Source of the DNA: an uncultured Candidatus Saccharibacteria bacterium
GTDB lineage: Bacteria > Patescibacteriota > Minisyncoccia > GWC2-36-17 > CAYHJU01
Length of the DNA stretch: 64,000 nt
Direction of reading: 5' to 3'
Assembly: GCA_964357175.1 (NCBI GenBank)
Contig: CAYHJU010000002.1
Location: 598-64,597 of the forward strand
The notes beneath the pieces are model-generated. The model did not search any database. It worked only from the letters and a program-made list of their open reading frames with translations, and had not been told where the DNA came from. Within the stretch, counting starts at the first letter, position 1, and each line of letters opens with the position of its first letter. The position numbers and the translations under genes are program-made. Positions 1 to 10,269 of the stretch are shown here, piece after piece.

Positions 1-2
1 TT

Positions 3-266
3 TCAGTTTCGCCCATGGAAAATATCAAGCAGGGATTTTTTTCTAAATTATTTCCGTCAAAAAATCAGCCTCTCGTTGGCGAAAAAGAGTCGAAAAGATT
101 GGAAAATCAACTGGATCAAAGAGTTGATTATATACTTAGCGGCGTTCGCTCTATGGGAATTAGAGCTGTGAGATTAGGTCGTGACGAGCTGGTGGAGCTT
201 TTATATTCGCTATATAACCCCGGCGAAGAAAAAAGAGAAGAATTATTGCAAGCCGCTTCCTTATAA
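3..266 (+). CDS. 3' end of conserved protein upstream of VirB4-like ATPase (frame open to window start; partial)
   Basis: No in-frame stop before 15; C-terminus GIRAVRLGRDELVELLYSLYNP resembles the gene that precedes VirB4 in CPR loci. Confidence 0.6.
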   Translation, partial: SVSPMENIKQGFFSKLFPSKNQPLVGEKESKRLENQLDQRVDYILSGVRSMGIRAVRLGRDELVELLYSLYNPGEEKREELLQAASL

Positions 267-280
267 TTTTATAAAAAACT

Positions 281-2077
281 ATGTCATTTTTCTCACCTAA
301 AAAAAATAAGCAAGACTTAACCATATCGCTACCTGTTTCCTCGGACAAGGTGCCCTTAACAGATGTTGTGGCTCCTCCAGCGCTTAAAATAGAAAGTAGA
401 TATCTGCAATTAGGGAGTCAGTTTATTCGCACGATTTTTGTGTTTAATTATCCGAGATATCTTTCCACCAATTGGCTCTCGCCTATAGTAAATATGCCGA
501 GAGTTTTTGATATAGCGATGTTCATACATCCGGCCGACACCGCTTTAGTTTTGAAACAATTAAGGAAACGCGTAGCTCAAGTGCAGGCGCAAATAAGCGA
601 GGAAGAAGAAAAAGGCAAGGTGCGCGACCCGATGCTGGAAACTGCTTATAATGATATGGAAAATTTGCGCGACTCTCTTATGCAGGCCAGGGAGAAGGTG
701 TTTAGCTTTGGACTCTACATCACTTTGTATGGAAATAGTGTGGATGAGCTGGATAAGGCAGAAAATGAAATTAAGTCTTTGATGGAAAGCCGTCTGGTTT
801 ATATTAAGGATGCTATTTTTACCCAAGACGTAGGATTTAATTCAACCTTGCCCTTTGGAAGAGACTTGCTCCAGGTTTGGACGACTCTGAACAGTTCTCC
901 ACTATCAACAACCTTTCCTTTTATATCTGCTGATTTGAGCTCTAATTCTGGAATTATGTATGGCGTAAACCGCCACAATAACAGCATCGTGCTTTTTGAC
1001 AGATTTAGCATGGAAAATGGCAATATGGTGATTTTTGCCAAGGCGGGAGGCGGAAAAAGTTATACCGCCAAGCTCGAAGTTTTAAGATCGTTAATGATGG
1101 GTACGGATGTGATTATTATTGATCCTGAAAATGAGTATAAATATTTGTCTGAAGCGGTTGGAGGAACTTTCATACCAATATCTATAAACTCTAAATATCA
1201 CCTAAATCCGTTTGATCTGCCGCCCAAACTGCCAGACGAAGAACAGGCGGATGTTTTGAGATCAAATGTTATAAACTTGATCGGTCTTTTAAGAATAATG
1301 CTGGGGGGACTCACGACAGAAGAAGACGCCCTGATAGATAAGGCCATATCGGAAACTTATGCTTCGCGTGATATCACGCCAACTTCCAATTTTGAAAATG
1401 TTCAAGTGCCTTTGATGGGGGACTTGCAACAGATATTAAACAGCACCCAAGGAGCTGAATCTATAGCAAGAAAACTTGAACGCTATACATCTGGAGCTTT
1501 TTCCGGATTTTTGAACCAACCCACTAATGTTGATTTAAAAAATCGCTTAATGGTTTTTAGTATTCGTGATATGGACGCTGAATTGCGCCCAATGGCGATG
1601 TATGTGATAATTAGATTTATTTGGAACACCATAAGAGCTACGACCAAAAAACGGATTCTCTTAGTAGATGAGGCGTGGGTGATGATGCAAAATCCCGACG
1701 GAGCTTCATTTTTATACGGAATAGCCAAGCGTTGCCGTAAATATTATTTAGGACTTACCACCATCACACAAGATGTGGCTGATTTTTTGGGCTCGCCATA
1801 TGGAAAACCTATTTTGACAAACTCCTCTATTCAACTTTTATTGCGTCAATCCCCATCTTCAATTGATATTATATCCAACGCCTTTAACCTAACTGAGGAA
1901 GAAAAATATTTGCTTTTGGAAAGCGATGTGGGTGAAGGAATATTTTTTGCCGGACTTAAACATGTGGCGATAAAAGTAATTGCCTCTTATACAGAAGACC
2001 AGATAATAACGTCTGACCCAGCGCAACTTTTGGCGATAGCAAAAGCGAAGCAAGAACTGAGCACAGGAGGAGCGTAA
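281..2077 (+). CDS. VirB4/TraC-like secretion/conjugation ATPase
   Basis: Walker A AKAGGGKS, IIDPENEY, Walker B LLVDEAW, KRCRKY...TQDV motifs. Confidence 0.9.
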   Translation: MSFFSPKKNKQDLTISLPVSSDKVPLTDVVAPPALKIESRYLQLGSQFIRTIFVFNYPRYLSTNWLSPIVNMPRVFDIAMFIHPADTALVLKQLRKRVAQVQAQISEEEEKGKVRDPMLETAYNDMENLRDSLMQAREKVFSFGLYITLYGNSVDELDKAENEIKSLMESRLVYIKDAIFTQDVGFNSTLPFGRDLLQVWTTLNSSPLSTTFPFISADLSSNSGIMYGVNRHNNSIVLFDRFSMENGNMVIFAKAGGGKSYTAKLEVLRSLMMGTDVIIIDPENEYKYLSEAVGGTFIPISINSKYHLNPFDLPPKLPDEEQADVLRSNVINLIGLLRIMLGGLTTEEDALIDKAISETYASRDITPTSNFENVQVPLMGDLQQILNSTQGAESIARKLERYTSGAFSGFLNQPTNVDLKNRLMVFSIRDMDAELRPMAMYVIIRFIWNTIRATTKKRILLVDEAWVMMQNPDGASFLYGIAKRCRKYYLGLTTITQDVADFLGSPYGKPILTNSSIQLLLRQSPSSIDIISNAFNLTEEEKYLLLESDVGEGIFFAGLKHVAIKVIASYTEDQIITSDPAQLLAIAKAKQELSTGGA

Positions 2078-2163
2078 AAATCTCAATTCGCCGGCTGGCG
2101 AATCAAATCTCAAAAATCAAATCTGGTAGAAAATTTATTTAATACATCAAAAGTGGTATAATT

Positions 2164-2835
2164 ATGGTAGAGGCTTCAAAAATAACAAAATTGGCGCCCG
2201 TAGCTCCAAAAACGACAGCGGCCCATGTGATGACAAAAGAGGAGGCTATTCGCGCTAAGGCAAGACTTGCCGCTCTAAGGGCGCGAAATCAAATAAAGCA
2301 GAAAGTTGCAGGAGCGGGTGGGAACAAACTTCGCGAAGAATATAAAAAGTTCGGATTTTTGGGGTATTTTTTTCTCGGAATCGAGGCCTTTATAATAGTG
2401 GGGATTTTCCTGGTCAAAGATATTCTTGATATTATTCTGAAAGCCACTTATGCGGCTGCAGGGGTGGGCGGAGCTGTGGGCGAGGCAATTTCTGTCATAC
2501 TGACCATTTTAACAGGATTTATAGGATTTTGGCTCTGGTTTAGGTTCGGTAGAACAAAAAAGGGCTCGCCGGCCGCGGCGGCAAAAAAGGCGGCTTCTAA
2601 ATTTTTAAAAATAATATGCGGGTTTGTGGGAGTTAATGTGGCTGATATTATACCTTTATTAAATTTAGTGCCGTGGCTAACTGCTTATGGAATGATTCTA
2701 TACGGTCTGGAGTTTTATAAGATGACAACCCAGCCAGAGAGCGCTCCGATAACTCAAGAGGAAGAGGTTAGCGAAAATCCAAAACAATCCTCTTTGCGCG
2801 CCCAACTCCAACAAAAAACTCAAGATGGTGTTTAA
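2164..2835 (+). CDS. Membrane protein of the VirB4 locus
   Basis: 223 aa, several hydrophobic segments, co-oriented. Confidence 0.6.
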   Translation: MVEASKITKLAPVAPKTTAAHVMTKEEAIRAKARLAALRARNQIKQKVAGAGGNKLREEYKKFGFLGYFFLGIEAFIIVGIFLVKDILDIILKATYAAAGVGGAVGEAISVILTILTGFIGFWLWFRFGRTKKGSPAAAAKKAASKFLKIICGFVGVNVADIIPLLNLVPWLTAYGMILYGLEFYKMTTQPESAPITQEEEVSENPKQSSLRAQLQQKTQDGV

Positions 2836-2849
2836 ATAATTTAATAAAT

Positions 2850-3620
2850 ATGCCGAAGAAAATAATTATAATTTTAATAATAGGCGTTTTTATCCCGATG
2901 GTTTTTGTATTTGCAGAAACTCCATCTCCAACGCCATCTGCTAGTGTTTCGCCGATTATAACGCCAACGCCTCAAATGTCTTCTCCTCTTCCTGAAATCT
3001 CATTAAACCCAGAAGATGTGATAAAGTTTTTAAGCACGCCCTCACTGCTTATAAGTCCGCGGGAAAACGGCATATTGTATGTAGCCCCCAACAAAACTAT
3101 AAATTTTTCTGCTACCCCTCTAAGTCTTCCGCCGGACACAAGCCTAAGGTGGTATGTGAACGGCTCGTTTGTTTCTTCAGAAAAGATTTTTTCTTTTAAT
3201 TCAGGTAGCAGGTCCCCCGCCAAATATTCATTGAGCGTAAGCGCCGATCTTTCCAGCGACCCCATATATGCCCTGCGTGGAATTTCTCAAGTTTCAGCAA
3301 GTGTGATTATAAAAGCTATAGATACGGATTTATATGTTTATGCGTCAGAAAACGCCCCAGTTTCATTTGGGATAAAAACTTTCCCTAAAACAGGAGGATT
3401 TTTTGCCGTAAACGCCATTTCATTTTTAGGAGATGGACAATTTTACTATAACTGGTCAATAGATGATGAGAAGCAGATCCAGTCTTCGGGCATTGGTAAA
3501 AATTCTATAAAAATACAATCTGGTAGCTATCCCGCCACAAAAATAATTTTGCTGGAAATAAAAGATTCTTCTGGAAAATTTATTTTGAGCAAAAAAATAA
3601 GCGTTCCTGTAATTAAATAA
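2850..3620 (+). CDS. Secreted protein, Pro/Ser/Thr linker plus beta-rich (Ig/PKD-like) domains
   Basis: Signal peptide, PSPTPS linker, two W-containing beta-rich repeats (RWYVNG, NWSIDD). Confidence 0.6.
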   Translation: MPKKIIIILIIGVFIPMVFVFAETPSPTPSASVSPIITPTPQMSSPLPEISLNPEDVIKFLSTPSLLISPRENGILYVAPNKTINFSATPLSLPPDTSLRWYVNGSFVSSEKIFSFNSGSRSPAKYSLSVSADLSSDPIYALRGISQVSASVIIKAIDTDLYVYASENAPVSFGIKTFPKTGGFFAVNAISFLGDGQFYYNWSIDDEKQIQSSGIGKNSIKIQSGSYPATKIILLEIKDSSGKFILSKKISVPVIK

Positions 3621-3627
3621 TGATTTT

Positions 3628-4059
3628 ATGAAAAAAATGTTTTTATTTTTATTTTTAATCGCTGGTTTTCTTGCCCCGCTTTCCGTCGGAGCCCAAGAAG
3701 GATGTGGCGTTCCGCCATATTTTAATTATATTTTTAATTTCGGCTTGGGCGCATCAGGTATTTTGGCCATAACAATGATTGTATTGGGAGCAGTACAAAT
3801 GATGCTCAACGCCGCAAATCCTAGCGCGCAAACTGCTGGCAAAGACAAAATAAAAAGCGCGCTTATGGGCCTTGCGTTAATTTTTGGGTCGTGGTTAATC
3901 TTATATACCATAAATCCAGATTTGGTGAATTTCAGTCAGGCGTTTAACTCTGTTTGTAATGACCCCATTCAATTACCAAGCGGAGGGGGGCCGGTAGGAT
4001 CACCATTTCAGGGTGGAGGAGGTAGAAGTGGCGGTGGAGGAGCCACCGGAAGTTGGTAA
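3628..4059 (+). CDS. CPR pilin-like (TrbC/VirB2-type) protein
   Basis: Signal peptide, two TM helices linked by AANPSAQTAGKDKIKSALMGL...ILYTINPDL, Gly-rich tail. Confidence 0.8.
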   Translation: MKKMFLFLFLIAGFLAPLSVGAQEGCGVPPYFNYIFNFGLGASGILAITMIVLGAVQMMLNAANPSAQTAGKDKIKSALMGLALIFGSWLILYTINPDLVNFSQAFNSVCNDPIQLPSGGGPVGSPFQGGGGRSGGGGATGSW

Positions 4060-4085
4060 ACAAATATAGCAATAATTTAAACGAT

Positions 4086-5234
4086 ATGGATAGAAAAAAA
4101 ATAATTATAATATCTTCAATCGGGGCTGGCGTGTTAATTTTAATAGGGATTTTAATCTATTTAATCATTCCTAAAAGTTCTCCGGCAGAACAGCCCGCTT
4201 TAAGCGGAAGCCCTATGGCATCCACGCCCTCTGGTGATAATCTAAGCTCGTCTCAAAATTCGATTTTAAATGAAATATTGCCCGCAAATATAGTTAGTTT
4301 TGTTTGGTCAGATATAAATCAAAAATTTACAGCGATTTCTTCAAGTGGTTTTTTATACTCTATAAATCCCAGTGATTTTGCGGTAAGCACCACCACCAAC
4401 TTTGGCGTTTCCGGCATAATCAAGGTTGTTTGGTCACCCAATAAAAGCAAGGCTGTAGTTTATCGTAATGAAAATGGAGTTTTGAAAAAGTTTTATTTTG
4501 ACGCCATAAGCCAAAATATCACCCCTTTGGGTGATCAGATTGGCAGCGTGACTTTTTCTCCTAAGAGTGATCAGATTTTGTATGTGTTCAATCAATTACA
4601 AAATAGTGTTTTGAAGTCTTTTTTGTCTATATCAAATCCTGACGGTACAAAATGGAAAAATCTATCAGCTTTTTCAATGCCCGATACATTGCTTTATTGG
4701 CCATCGGGCATAAAAGCTTATGCTATAAGTCCAGCTTCCGGCCTACTACCAAATAGCGTTTATTCGATTGATGTAAAGACTGGCGCTTTGCAAAAATTTT
4801 TAGCGGAACAAAATGGTCAGCAGATTAAATTCTCACCCTCAGGAAATGGGCTTTTGTATTCTTTTGTTGATAGTCGCGGAAAAAACTTACAATTATTTTA
4901 TAAAAATCTAAAAACAAATTCTGACACGCTCTTGCCAATAAAAACCTTGCCCGAAAAATGCTCTTTTGACAAAACTGAAGAAAATGTTTTCTGCGCCGCG
5001 CCGAATAAAATTTCGTCAAGTGCTATTATGCCAGATGATTATTATAGCAACAAGCTAAATCTTGATGACAATTTGTGGGTTTACAATATTCAGTCAAATA
5101 GCGCCTCTCAAATCATTTCTTCTGAAAATATCACGCCTATAAACATAAAAATGTTGGAGGTTTCGCCGGATAATTCCTATATTATTTTTATTTCTCAGAA
5201 AGACGATAGGTTGTTTCGATTACAAATTAGATAA
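4086..5234 (+). CDS. Membrane-anchored beta-propeller (TolB/WD40-like) protein
   Basis: N-terminal TM (likely start MDRKK at 4086), repeated WSP/FSP motifs. Confidence 0.7.
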   Translation: MDRKKIIIISSIGAGVLILIGILIYLIIPKSSPAEQPALSGSPMASTPSGDNLSSSQNSILNEILPANIVSFVWSDINQKFTAISSSGFLYSINPSDFAVSTTTNFGVSGIIKVVWSPNKSKAVVYRNENGVLKKFYFDAISQNITPLGDQIGSVTFSPKSDQILYVFNQLQNSVLKSFLSISNPDGTKWKNLSAFSMPDTLLYWPSGIKAYAISPASGLLPNSVYSIDVKTGALQKFLAEQNGQQIKFSPSGNGLLYSFVDSRGKNLQLFYKNLKTNSDTLLPIKTLPEKCSFDKTEENVFCAAPNKISSSAIMPDDYYSNKLNLDDNLWVYNIQSNSASQIISSENITPINIKMLEVSPDNSYIIFISQKDDRLFRLQIR

Positions 5235-5237
5235 ACC

Positions 5238-5257
5238 CCCGCCTACCGGCAGGCAGG
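5238..5257. repeat. 20-bp imperfect palindrome (CCTGCCTGCCGGTAGGCAGG family) interrupting an ACCCCCACACCT arm
   Basis: Reverse complement nearly identical to 57408-57427 and 60110-60129; removing it restores ACCCCCACACCT. Confidence 0.75.
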
Positions 5258-5270
5258 CCCACACCTATGC

Positions 5271-5303
5271 AAACAAAAACCGCTTTATTGCGGTTTTTTG
5301 TTT
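5271..5303. terminator. Bidirectional intrinsic terminator
   Basis: aaaaaccgc-tttatt-gcggttttt hairpin with A/T tracts between convergent genes. Confidence 0.75.
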
Positions 5304-5324
5304 AATCAATACAAATTTACCAAA

Positions 5325-6593
5325 CTATAAAATTTTAATTAATAAAATAATCATCCAGAAATAATAAGCTAGATCCATTTTAAAATATGGGGTGTCAAAA
5401 AACCCGTGCGCTAAAATTGCTATCAAAGATCCTCCCAATCCTATCGCCAACCATCTTAAGCCTCCTTGATTTTCCAATTTAAGTTTGTGTATTAAATTGT
5501 TAAAGACATTCTTTACGATCCACAAAAATCCCATAAACCCCAAAATTCCACCCTCTAACCAAAAGGCTAAATATATATTGTGCGGTTGGGGAACTACCAA
5601 AAAATCCAAATTTAACCCTAATTTTTTTTGCATCAAATGAAATTCACTTAAAAAAGAATTCGGACCAATACCCAAAACCCAATTATTTTTTAAAATATCA
5701 AACGACGCTTTCCATATTGGCAAACGGGAATTAATGGAAGACTGGGAACTGCCAACCAAAAGACGATCTATTTTCCCTGAATTAAGCACTGTTATAAAAA
5801 ACAGAACTAAACACAAGCCTATAAAAATTGCTGTAAAATAAAAGGTGGCGGGGCGCTTTTTTAGATTTAGAGAAACAAAAAACAGCATCCAAAACCCAGC
5901 CGCAACAATAGCGAGAGCTCCTCCAAAAGATTGCGTCGATATAAAAACCACCACAGAGGCAACAATAATTAAAAAAAACAAAAGTCCCTGCCAAAAAGTA
6001 TTTCTTCTAAAAAATATAAGGGCGACAATAATAGGCAAGAAGATTTCCAAAACCATAACCAAAAAATTCGGGGAATTGTAAAAACTAGAAAGCCGCCCAT
6101 TATCTTTAATGTTTAAGGCGAGATATATCAAAGAGGTGGTTAAAATTAGGGTATAGGATAAAAATAGGAGCCGTAAAAACACCTCTTTGTTTTTTGTCGA
6201 AGATAGGATTTTTATTCCGACCATAAAAATTAAGATGGGTTCAATAAACCACGCAAAAAACGCGTGCAAACTGCTTAAAAAATTATCGGAAAAAGCCACT
6301 GACAAAAAACCTCCCGCGAGCAAAAAAAGTATTGCCCAAAAATATTCTGGGAGTTTATTTTGCATTATCTCTTGGATTTTTTTATTATAAAAATCTTTAA
6401 AACGAAAGAAAAATGTTATCAAAAAAATTATTAGAGCTAATTCCACGGGAGAAATATCCACACCAAAAAAATTAATACGCAAAAAATAAAACGGTATGAA
6501 AATCGGAATTAAAAAAAACACTTTGTCAGAATAAAACCAACAAAGCGTCGTGTACAAAACAATCACTACTGCAAAAATCAAATAAATCAACAT
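5325..6593 (-). CDS. O-antigen ligase-like (Wzy_C) membrane protein
   Basis: Multi-TM; RLSSFYNSPN, SRLPIWKAS, GIGP, PHNIYL...EGGILG motifs. Confidence 0.85.
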   Translation of the reverse strand: MLIYLIFAVVIVLYTTLCWFYSDKVFFLIPIFIPFYFLRINFFGVDISPVELALIIFLITFFFRFKDFYNKKIQEIMQNKLPEYFWAILFLLAGGFLSVAFSDNFLSSLHAFFAWFIEPILIFMVGIKILSSTKNKEVFLRLLFLSYTLILTTSLIYLALNIKDNGRLSSFYNSPNFLVMVLEIFLPIIVALIFFRRNTFWQGLLFFLIIVASVVVFISTQSFGGALAIVAAGFWMLFFVSLNLKKRPATFYFTAIFIGLCLVLFFITVLNSGKIDRLLVGSSQSSINSRLPIWKASFDILKNNWVLGIGPNSFLSEFHLMQKKLGLNLDFLVVPQPHNIYLAFWLEGGILGFMGFLWIVKNVFNNLIHKLKLENQGGLRWLAIGLGGSLIAILAHGFFDTPYFKMDLAYYFWMIILLIKIL

Positions 6594-6632
6594 AATTTCT
6601 TATCAAATAAGCACTCAAAATGAAGCGGGGAA

Positions 6633-7079
6633 CTATGGTCTAGGATAAACAACTATAAAACGATTCGGATCTACGCCCTTACTTTCTGTCACCACATCGG
6701 GACGAATAGAAAGCTCGGAGTGGACAAGGCGCCTGTCTTTTGAAGACATTGGTGGTAGAGGAATCGGTTTATTTGTTACCAAAGATTTTTTAACCGCCTC
6801 CTGCGCAACGCTCCTGAGAAAACGCCAATGCGACTCACAATAATTATTTACATCTATGGAAAAATATATCGGACTCCCGAGTTTTTGTTTTAAAAAAACA
6901 TGTAACACCCTTTCAATGGCCGAAAGGTTGGCGCCATTTTTGCCTATAAGAATCCGCCCTTCTCCTGACATTATATTTATATAAAAACCATCATCTTTAG
7001 TAGAAACATCCACACTGGCGCTTAAAAATCCCATTTTGTCTAAAAATTCTTTAGTTAGCGATTTTATTTTTTCTTTCAT
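6633..7079 (-). CDS. jag: Short Jag/KhpB (KH + R3H) RNA-binding protein
   Basis: LIGKNGANL KH motif, PPMSSKDRRLVH R3H motif, downstream of yidC. Confidence 0.85.
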   Translation of the reverse strand: MKEKIKSLTKEFLDKMGFLSASVDVSTKDDGFYINIMSGEGRILIGKNGANLSAIERVLHVFLKQKLGSPIYFSIDVNNYCESHWRFLRSVAQEAVKKSLVTNKPIPLPPMSSKDRRLVHSELSIRPDVVTESKGVDPNRFIVVYPRP

Positions 7080-7791
7080 AATAGACTATATATAATTGCT
7101 GTAAAATAGAAATTAAGGTGGTGGTCGCCCAGTAAAGAGCCAATGCCGCCGGCAACTTCCAAGAAATAAAAAATGTCATCACTGGCAATATAAACATCAT
7201 GTTTTTGTTCAAGGAGGCGGCAATGTCACCTGGACCAGATGATTTAAAATTCTGATAACGAACCATCTGATATGACTGAATTAATTGTAGCACGCCGGCC
7301 AAAAAAGCAAGGTATATGTTGGGAATTGCCATATTTATTAAGCCTAAAAGAGAGTATGGTTCTTTAAACAAAACAACAAAATTTGATAAAAAAGGATACA
7401 CATCATTAGCATTCACGATTTTTAAGCTGTTTATCAACACGCTGTATAACGCCCACAAAATAGGTAACTGAATCAAAATCGGAAGGCATCCAGAAAATGG
7501 GCTTATTTTTTCTTTTTGATACAGCTCCATCAACGCTTTTGTTTGGGCCTCTTTATTGTCTTTATGTTTTTCTTTTATGACTTGAATTTTGGGGTTCAGC
7601 GAGCTCATGGCCTTTTGAGCGATGATGCTTTTTTTTGTCAGTGGCAACAAGGCCAAGCGAATTAAAATAGTAAGGACGATCACGGCCAATCCAAAATCTT
7701 GTGCCGTAAATTTATATATTAACAGTAATATATTTATCAACGGTTGAGATAAAATTATGTGGAAAAGATCTGTCATAAAAGTTAGCGACAA
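7051..7791 (-). CDS. yidC: Membrane protein insertase YidC/Oxa1
   Basis: GLAVIVLTILIRLALLPL, GCLPILIQLPI, LALYW motifs. Confidence 0.95.
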   Translation of the reverse strand: MSLTFMTDLFHIILSQPLINILLLIYKFTAQDFGLAVIVLTILIRLALLPLTKKSIIAQKAMSSLNPKIQVIKEKHKDNKEAQTKALMELYQKEKISPFSGCLPILIQLPILWALYSVLINSLKIVNANDVYPFLSNFVVLFKEPYSLLGLINMAIPNIYLAFLAGVLQLIQSYQMVRYQNFKSSGPGDIAASLNKNMMFILPVMTFFISWKLPAALALYWATTTLISILQQLYIVYYERKNKIAN

Positions 7792-7985
7792 GAAATTATT
7801 CTCTTTATTCCCCCTCTCAAACCTTTTAGCAATCCCTCTTGTTCAATTGCCAATTTAGTATATTCAGAACAACTTGGATAATGCAAACACCCCCAAAAAG
7901 GGAAGGCGCGACCAAAAAAACTATGGTCAGGGGAAATGGTGTTTTGATAAATTTTGATTAGTAAAATTGTTATTTTTCTAAACAT
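7782..7985 (-). CDS. yidD: Membrane protein insertion efficiency factor YidD
   Basis: IYQNTISP...C.HYPSCSEY motif, canonical position. Confidence 0.9.
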   Translation of the reverse strand: MFRKITILLIKIYQNTISPDHSFFGRAFPFWGCLHYPSCSEYTKLAIEQEGLLKGLRGGIKRIISCR

Positions 7986-8020
7986 AGGGTATCTGCGCCT
8001 AAACGAATGGTTTTTTATTT

Positions 8021-8347
8021 TTATTTTATCCTGTCCAACAAAAAAAGCATCTCTTTTTCTATCTCTTTAAATTTTTTTTCTAAAGCGATTTTTTGGACAA
8101 ATACCACAAAATCCACCGTCGGAATAAATTTTTGATGCTTACGAATAATTTCCTTAATTTGTCTTCGGATTTTGTTCCTTGTGGTAGCTTTTTTAGAAAC
8201 CTTAGAGCTCACCACTACTGCGTAACGAAAAAATGTTTTTTTACTATCGACATATTTTAAATAAAAGGCGTAGCTTGTATATTTTTTGCCTTTTTTAAAA
8301 ACAAAATCGATGTCTTTTTTTAATCTCAAACTGTGAATTTTTTGCAT
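8021..8347 (-). CDS. rnpA: Ribonuclease P protein component
   Basis: VSSKVSKKATTRNKIRR (RNR motif), canonical position. Confidence 0.95.
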   Translation of the reverse strand: MQKIHSLRLKKDIDFVFKKGKKYTSYAFYLKYVDSKKTFFRYAVVVSSKVSKKATTRNKIRRQIKEIIRKHQKFIPTVDFVVFVQKIALEKKFKEIEKEMLFLLDRIK

Positions 8348-8373
8348 TGTTTTGGAAGAAAAATCCTACAAAT

Positions 8374-8505
8374 TTAAACCGCTAATCTTTTGCGGCCAGA
8401 AGCTCTTCTTCTTTTAATAACTCTTCTACCGTGACTGGTTAATGATCTTTTTAAAAATCCGTGTGTGCGCTGTCTTTTTCTATTTTTAGTTTTTGTTAAT
8501 CTCAT
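8374..8505 (-). CDS. rpmH: 50S ribosomal protein L34 (below ORF-track size cutoff)
   Basis: Translated by hand: [43 protein letters not shown]. Confidence 0.95.
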   Translation of the reverse strand: MRLTKTKNRKRQRTHGFLKRSLTSHGRRVIKRRRASGRKRLAV

Positions 8506-8789
8506 GCTTTATTTAATTTCTTCTAGCTCCTTCTTGTTGCGCCTAAGGCAATATTTTAGTTTTTAATAAATACAAATTATGATAAATGATTCTACTTTTT
8601 TATTCGAAGGGGCTGGGTAAATACTAACAAGAAAAACGTTTTTGGTCAATTGAAGCTGTACGATTTTAAACAAGTTATCAACAATTTAGTAACAATTAGC
8701 TTGTTTTTTTGTTTGTTTTAATTTTTTTTGTATGTTATATTGGTCTTGCGACGTATTTTTTTGATATAATTTTGCATAATATTTTTTAT

Positions 8790-10169
8790 ATGAGTTGTGA
8801 ACAAATTTGGCAAATGGTATTAAGTGAACTTGAGCTGGTAATGCCCGAATCGAGTTTTCAGACATGGTTTCAAAACACCTCTATAAAATCTCTCTCTGGC
8901 GGAATGGCCACTATAAGCGTGCCCAATATTTTTACGAAGGGCTGGCTTGAAAAGAAATATTCGAAGGAAATTTTAAATATTTTAAAAAATTTAGATTGTG
9001 ACGCACGCGAAATAGAATATATTATAGACTACTCGCCAAAATCTTCCGTTTATAAAAATACTTCCAAAAAAACTAAAGCGCCTTCAAACAAAAACCTCGG
9101 CCATGTGGGAGACGATGATTTAAAACTCCCCGGGCTTAATATAGATGCCAAAACTGGATTGAACCCGAGATATGCTTTTGATAATTTTGTGGTCGGATCT
9201 TTTAACGAATTGGCACATGCGGCAGTTTCTGCTTCTGTGCAAAATTTAGGCGTTAGTTATAATCCGTTATTTATATATGGGGATGTGGGTCTTGGAAAAA
9301 CCCATTTAGTACAGGCCGCAGGAAATGAAATAAAAAGTTTATATCCTAATCTTTCTATCTTATATGTGCAGGCCGAAAAATTTACCACCGACTTGGTCCA
9401 CGCTCTTCAGCACCATAAGATGGACGATTTTAAGGAAAAATATCGTAGCATTGATGTTTTTATAATAGATGACATTCAATTTATAGCCAGAAAAGAGCAG
9501 ACCCAAATAGAGCTATTTTATACTTTTAATACCCTTTATGAAAAAAATAAGCAGATTATTCTAAGTTCCGACAGACCCCCGCGAGCGATTCCTGAATTAG
9601 AAGATCGTCTGCGTTCACGTTTTGAGGGTGGAATGATCGCTGACATCAGCGCGCCAAATTTAGAAACAAGAATCGCAATACTGAAAGAAAAGCTGGTTCA
9701 AAAAAACGCCTCGTTAGATGACGAGATTATAAACCACATAGCCAAAAATTTTGAAAACAATATACGCGAACTCGAAGGAGCTCTTATTAGAGTTTTGGGA
9801 TTGATAAAAATGACAAACACACTCCCGTCAGTCGAAATAATCTCGAGGTGGTTGCTCTCTACGTCTAGCCAATCAAATAAAAACATTTCATCTAAAAATA
9901 TTTTGGAGGTTGTTTCTGGTTTTTATGATATAGACGAAAAACTAATATTATCAAAAAGCCGAAGACAGGAAATAGTGAAGGCGCGTCAAGTTTCTATGTA
10001 TTTATTGAGAGAAATTTTACGTTTATCGCTTCCATCCATAGGCCAAAAATTGGGAAATAAAGATCATTCGACCGTTATTCATTCTATAGGCAAAATTGAA
10101 AACGGATTAAAAAAAGATGAAAATTTAATAGAAGAAATCAAAAAAATTAAACAAAAATTATACAAGTAA
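8790..10169 (+). CDS. dnaA: Chromosomal replication initiator DnaA (likely start ATG 8790)
   Basis: LNPRYAFDNFVVG, YNPLFIYGDVGLGKTHL, IDDIQF, KDHSTVIHS. Confidence 0.98.
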   Translation: MSCEQIWQMVLSELELVMPESSFQTWFQNTSIKSLSGGMATISVPNIFTKGWLEKKYSKEILNILKNLDCDAREIEYIIDYSPKSSVYKNTSKKTKAPSNKNLGHVGDDDLKLPGLNIDAKTGLNPRYAFDNFVVGSFNELAHAAVSASVQNLGVSYNPLFIYGDVGLGKTHLVQAAGNEIKSLYPNLSILYVQAEKFTTDLVHALQHHKMDDFKEKYRSIDVFIIDDIQFIARKEQTQIELFYTFNTLYEKNKQIILSSDRPPRAIPELEDRLRSRFEGGMIADISAPNLETRIAILKEKLVQKNASLDDEIINHIAKNFENNIRELEGALIRVLGLIKMTNTLPSVEIISRWLLSTSSQSNKNISSKNILEVVSGFYDIDEKLILSKSRRQEIVKARQVSMYLLREILRLSLPSIGQKLGNKDHSTVIHSIGKIENGLKKDENLIEEIKKIKQKLYK

Positions 10170-10267
10170 ACCCCCACACCTAATTAATCTTAATGCGATA
10201 AAAAAATTATAAATATAAACAGAAAACATCTTGGACTGATACTAATTAAATTTTTAGGTGTGGGGGT
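10170..10267. repeat. 98-bp element with 14-bp perfect terminal inverted repeats (ACCCCCACACCTAA...TTAGGTGTGGGGGT)
   Basis: Arms 10170-10183 and 10254-10267; same termini at 15659 and 62502. Confidence 0.85.
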
Positions 10268-10269
10268 AA

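Noticed and set aside
8709-8789. Long N-terminal extensions in the ORF track (dnaA; also yebC, 27435, SNF2, res)
   Set aside because: Conserved N-termini and SD or operon spacing indicate downstream starts (8790, 17263, 27504, 40189, 45701)
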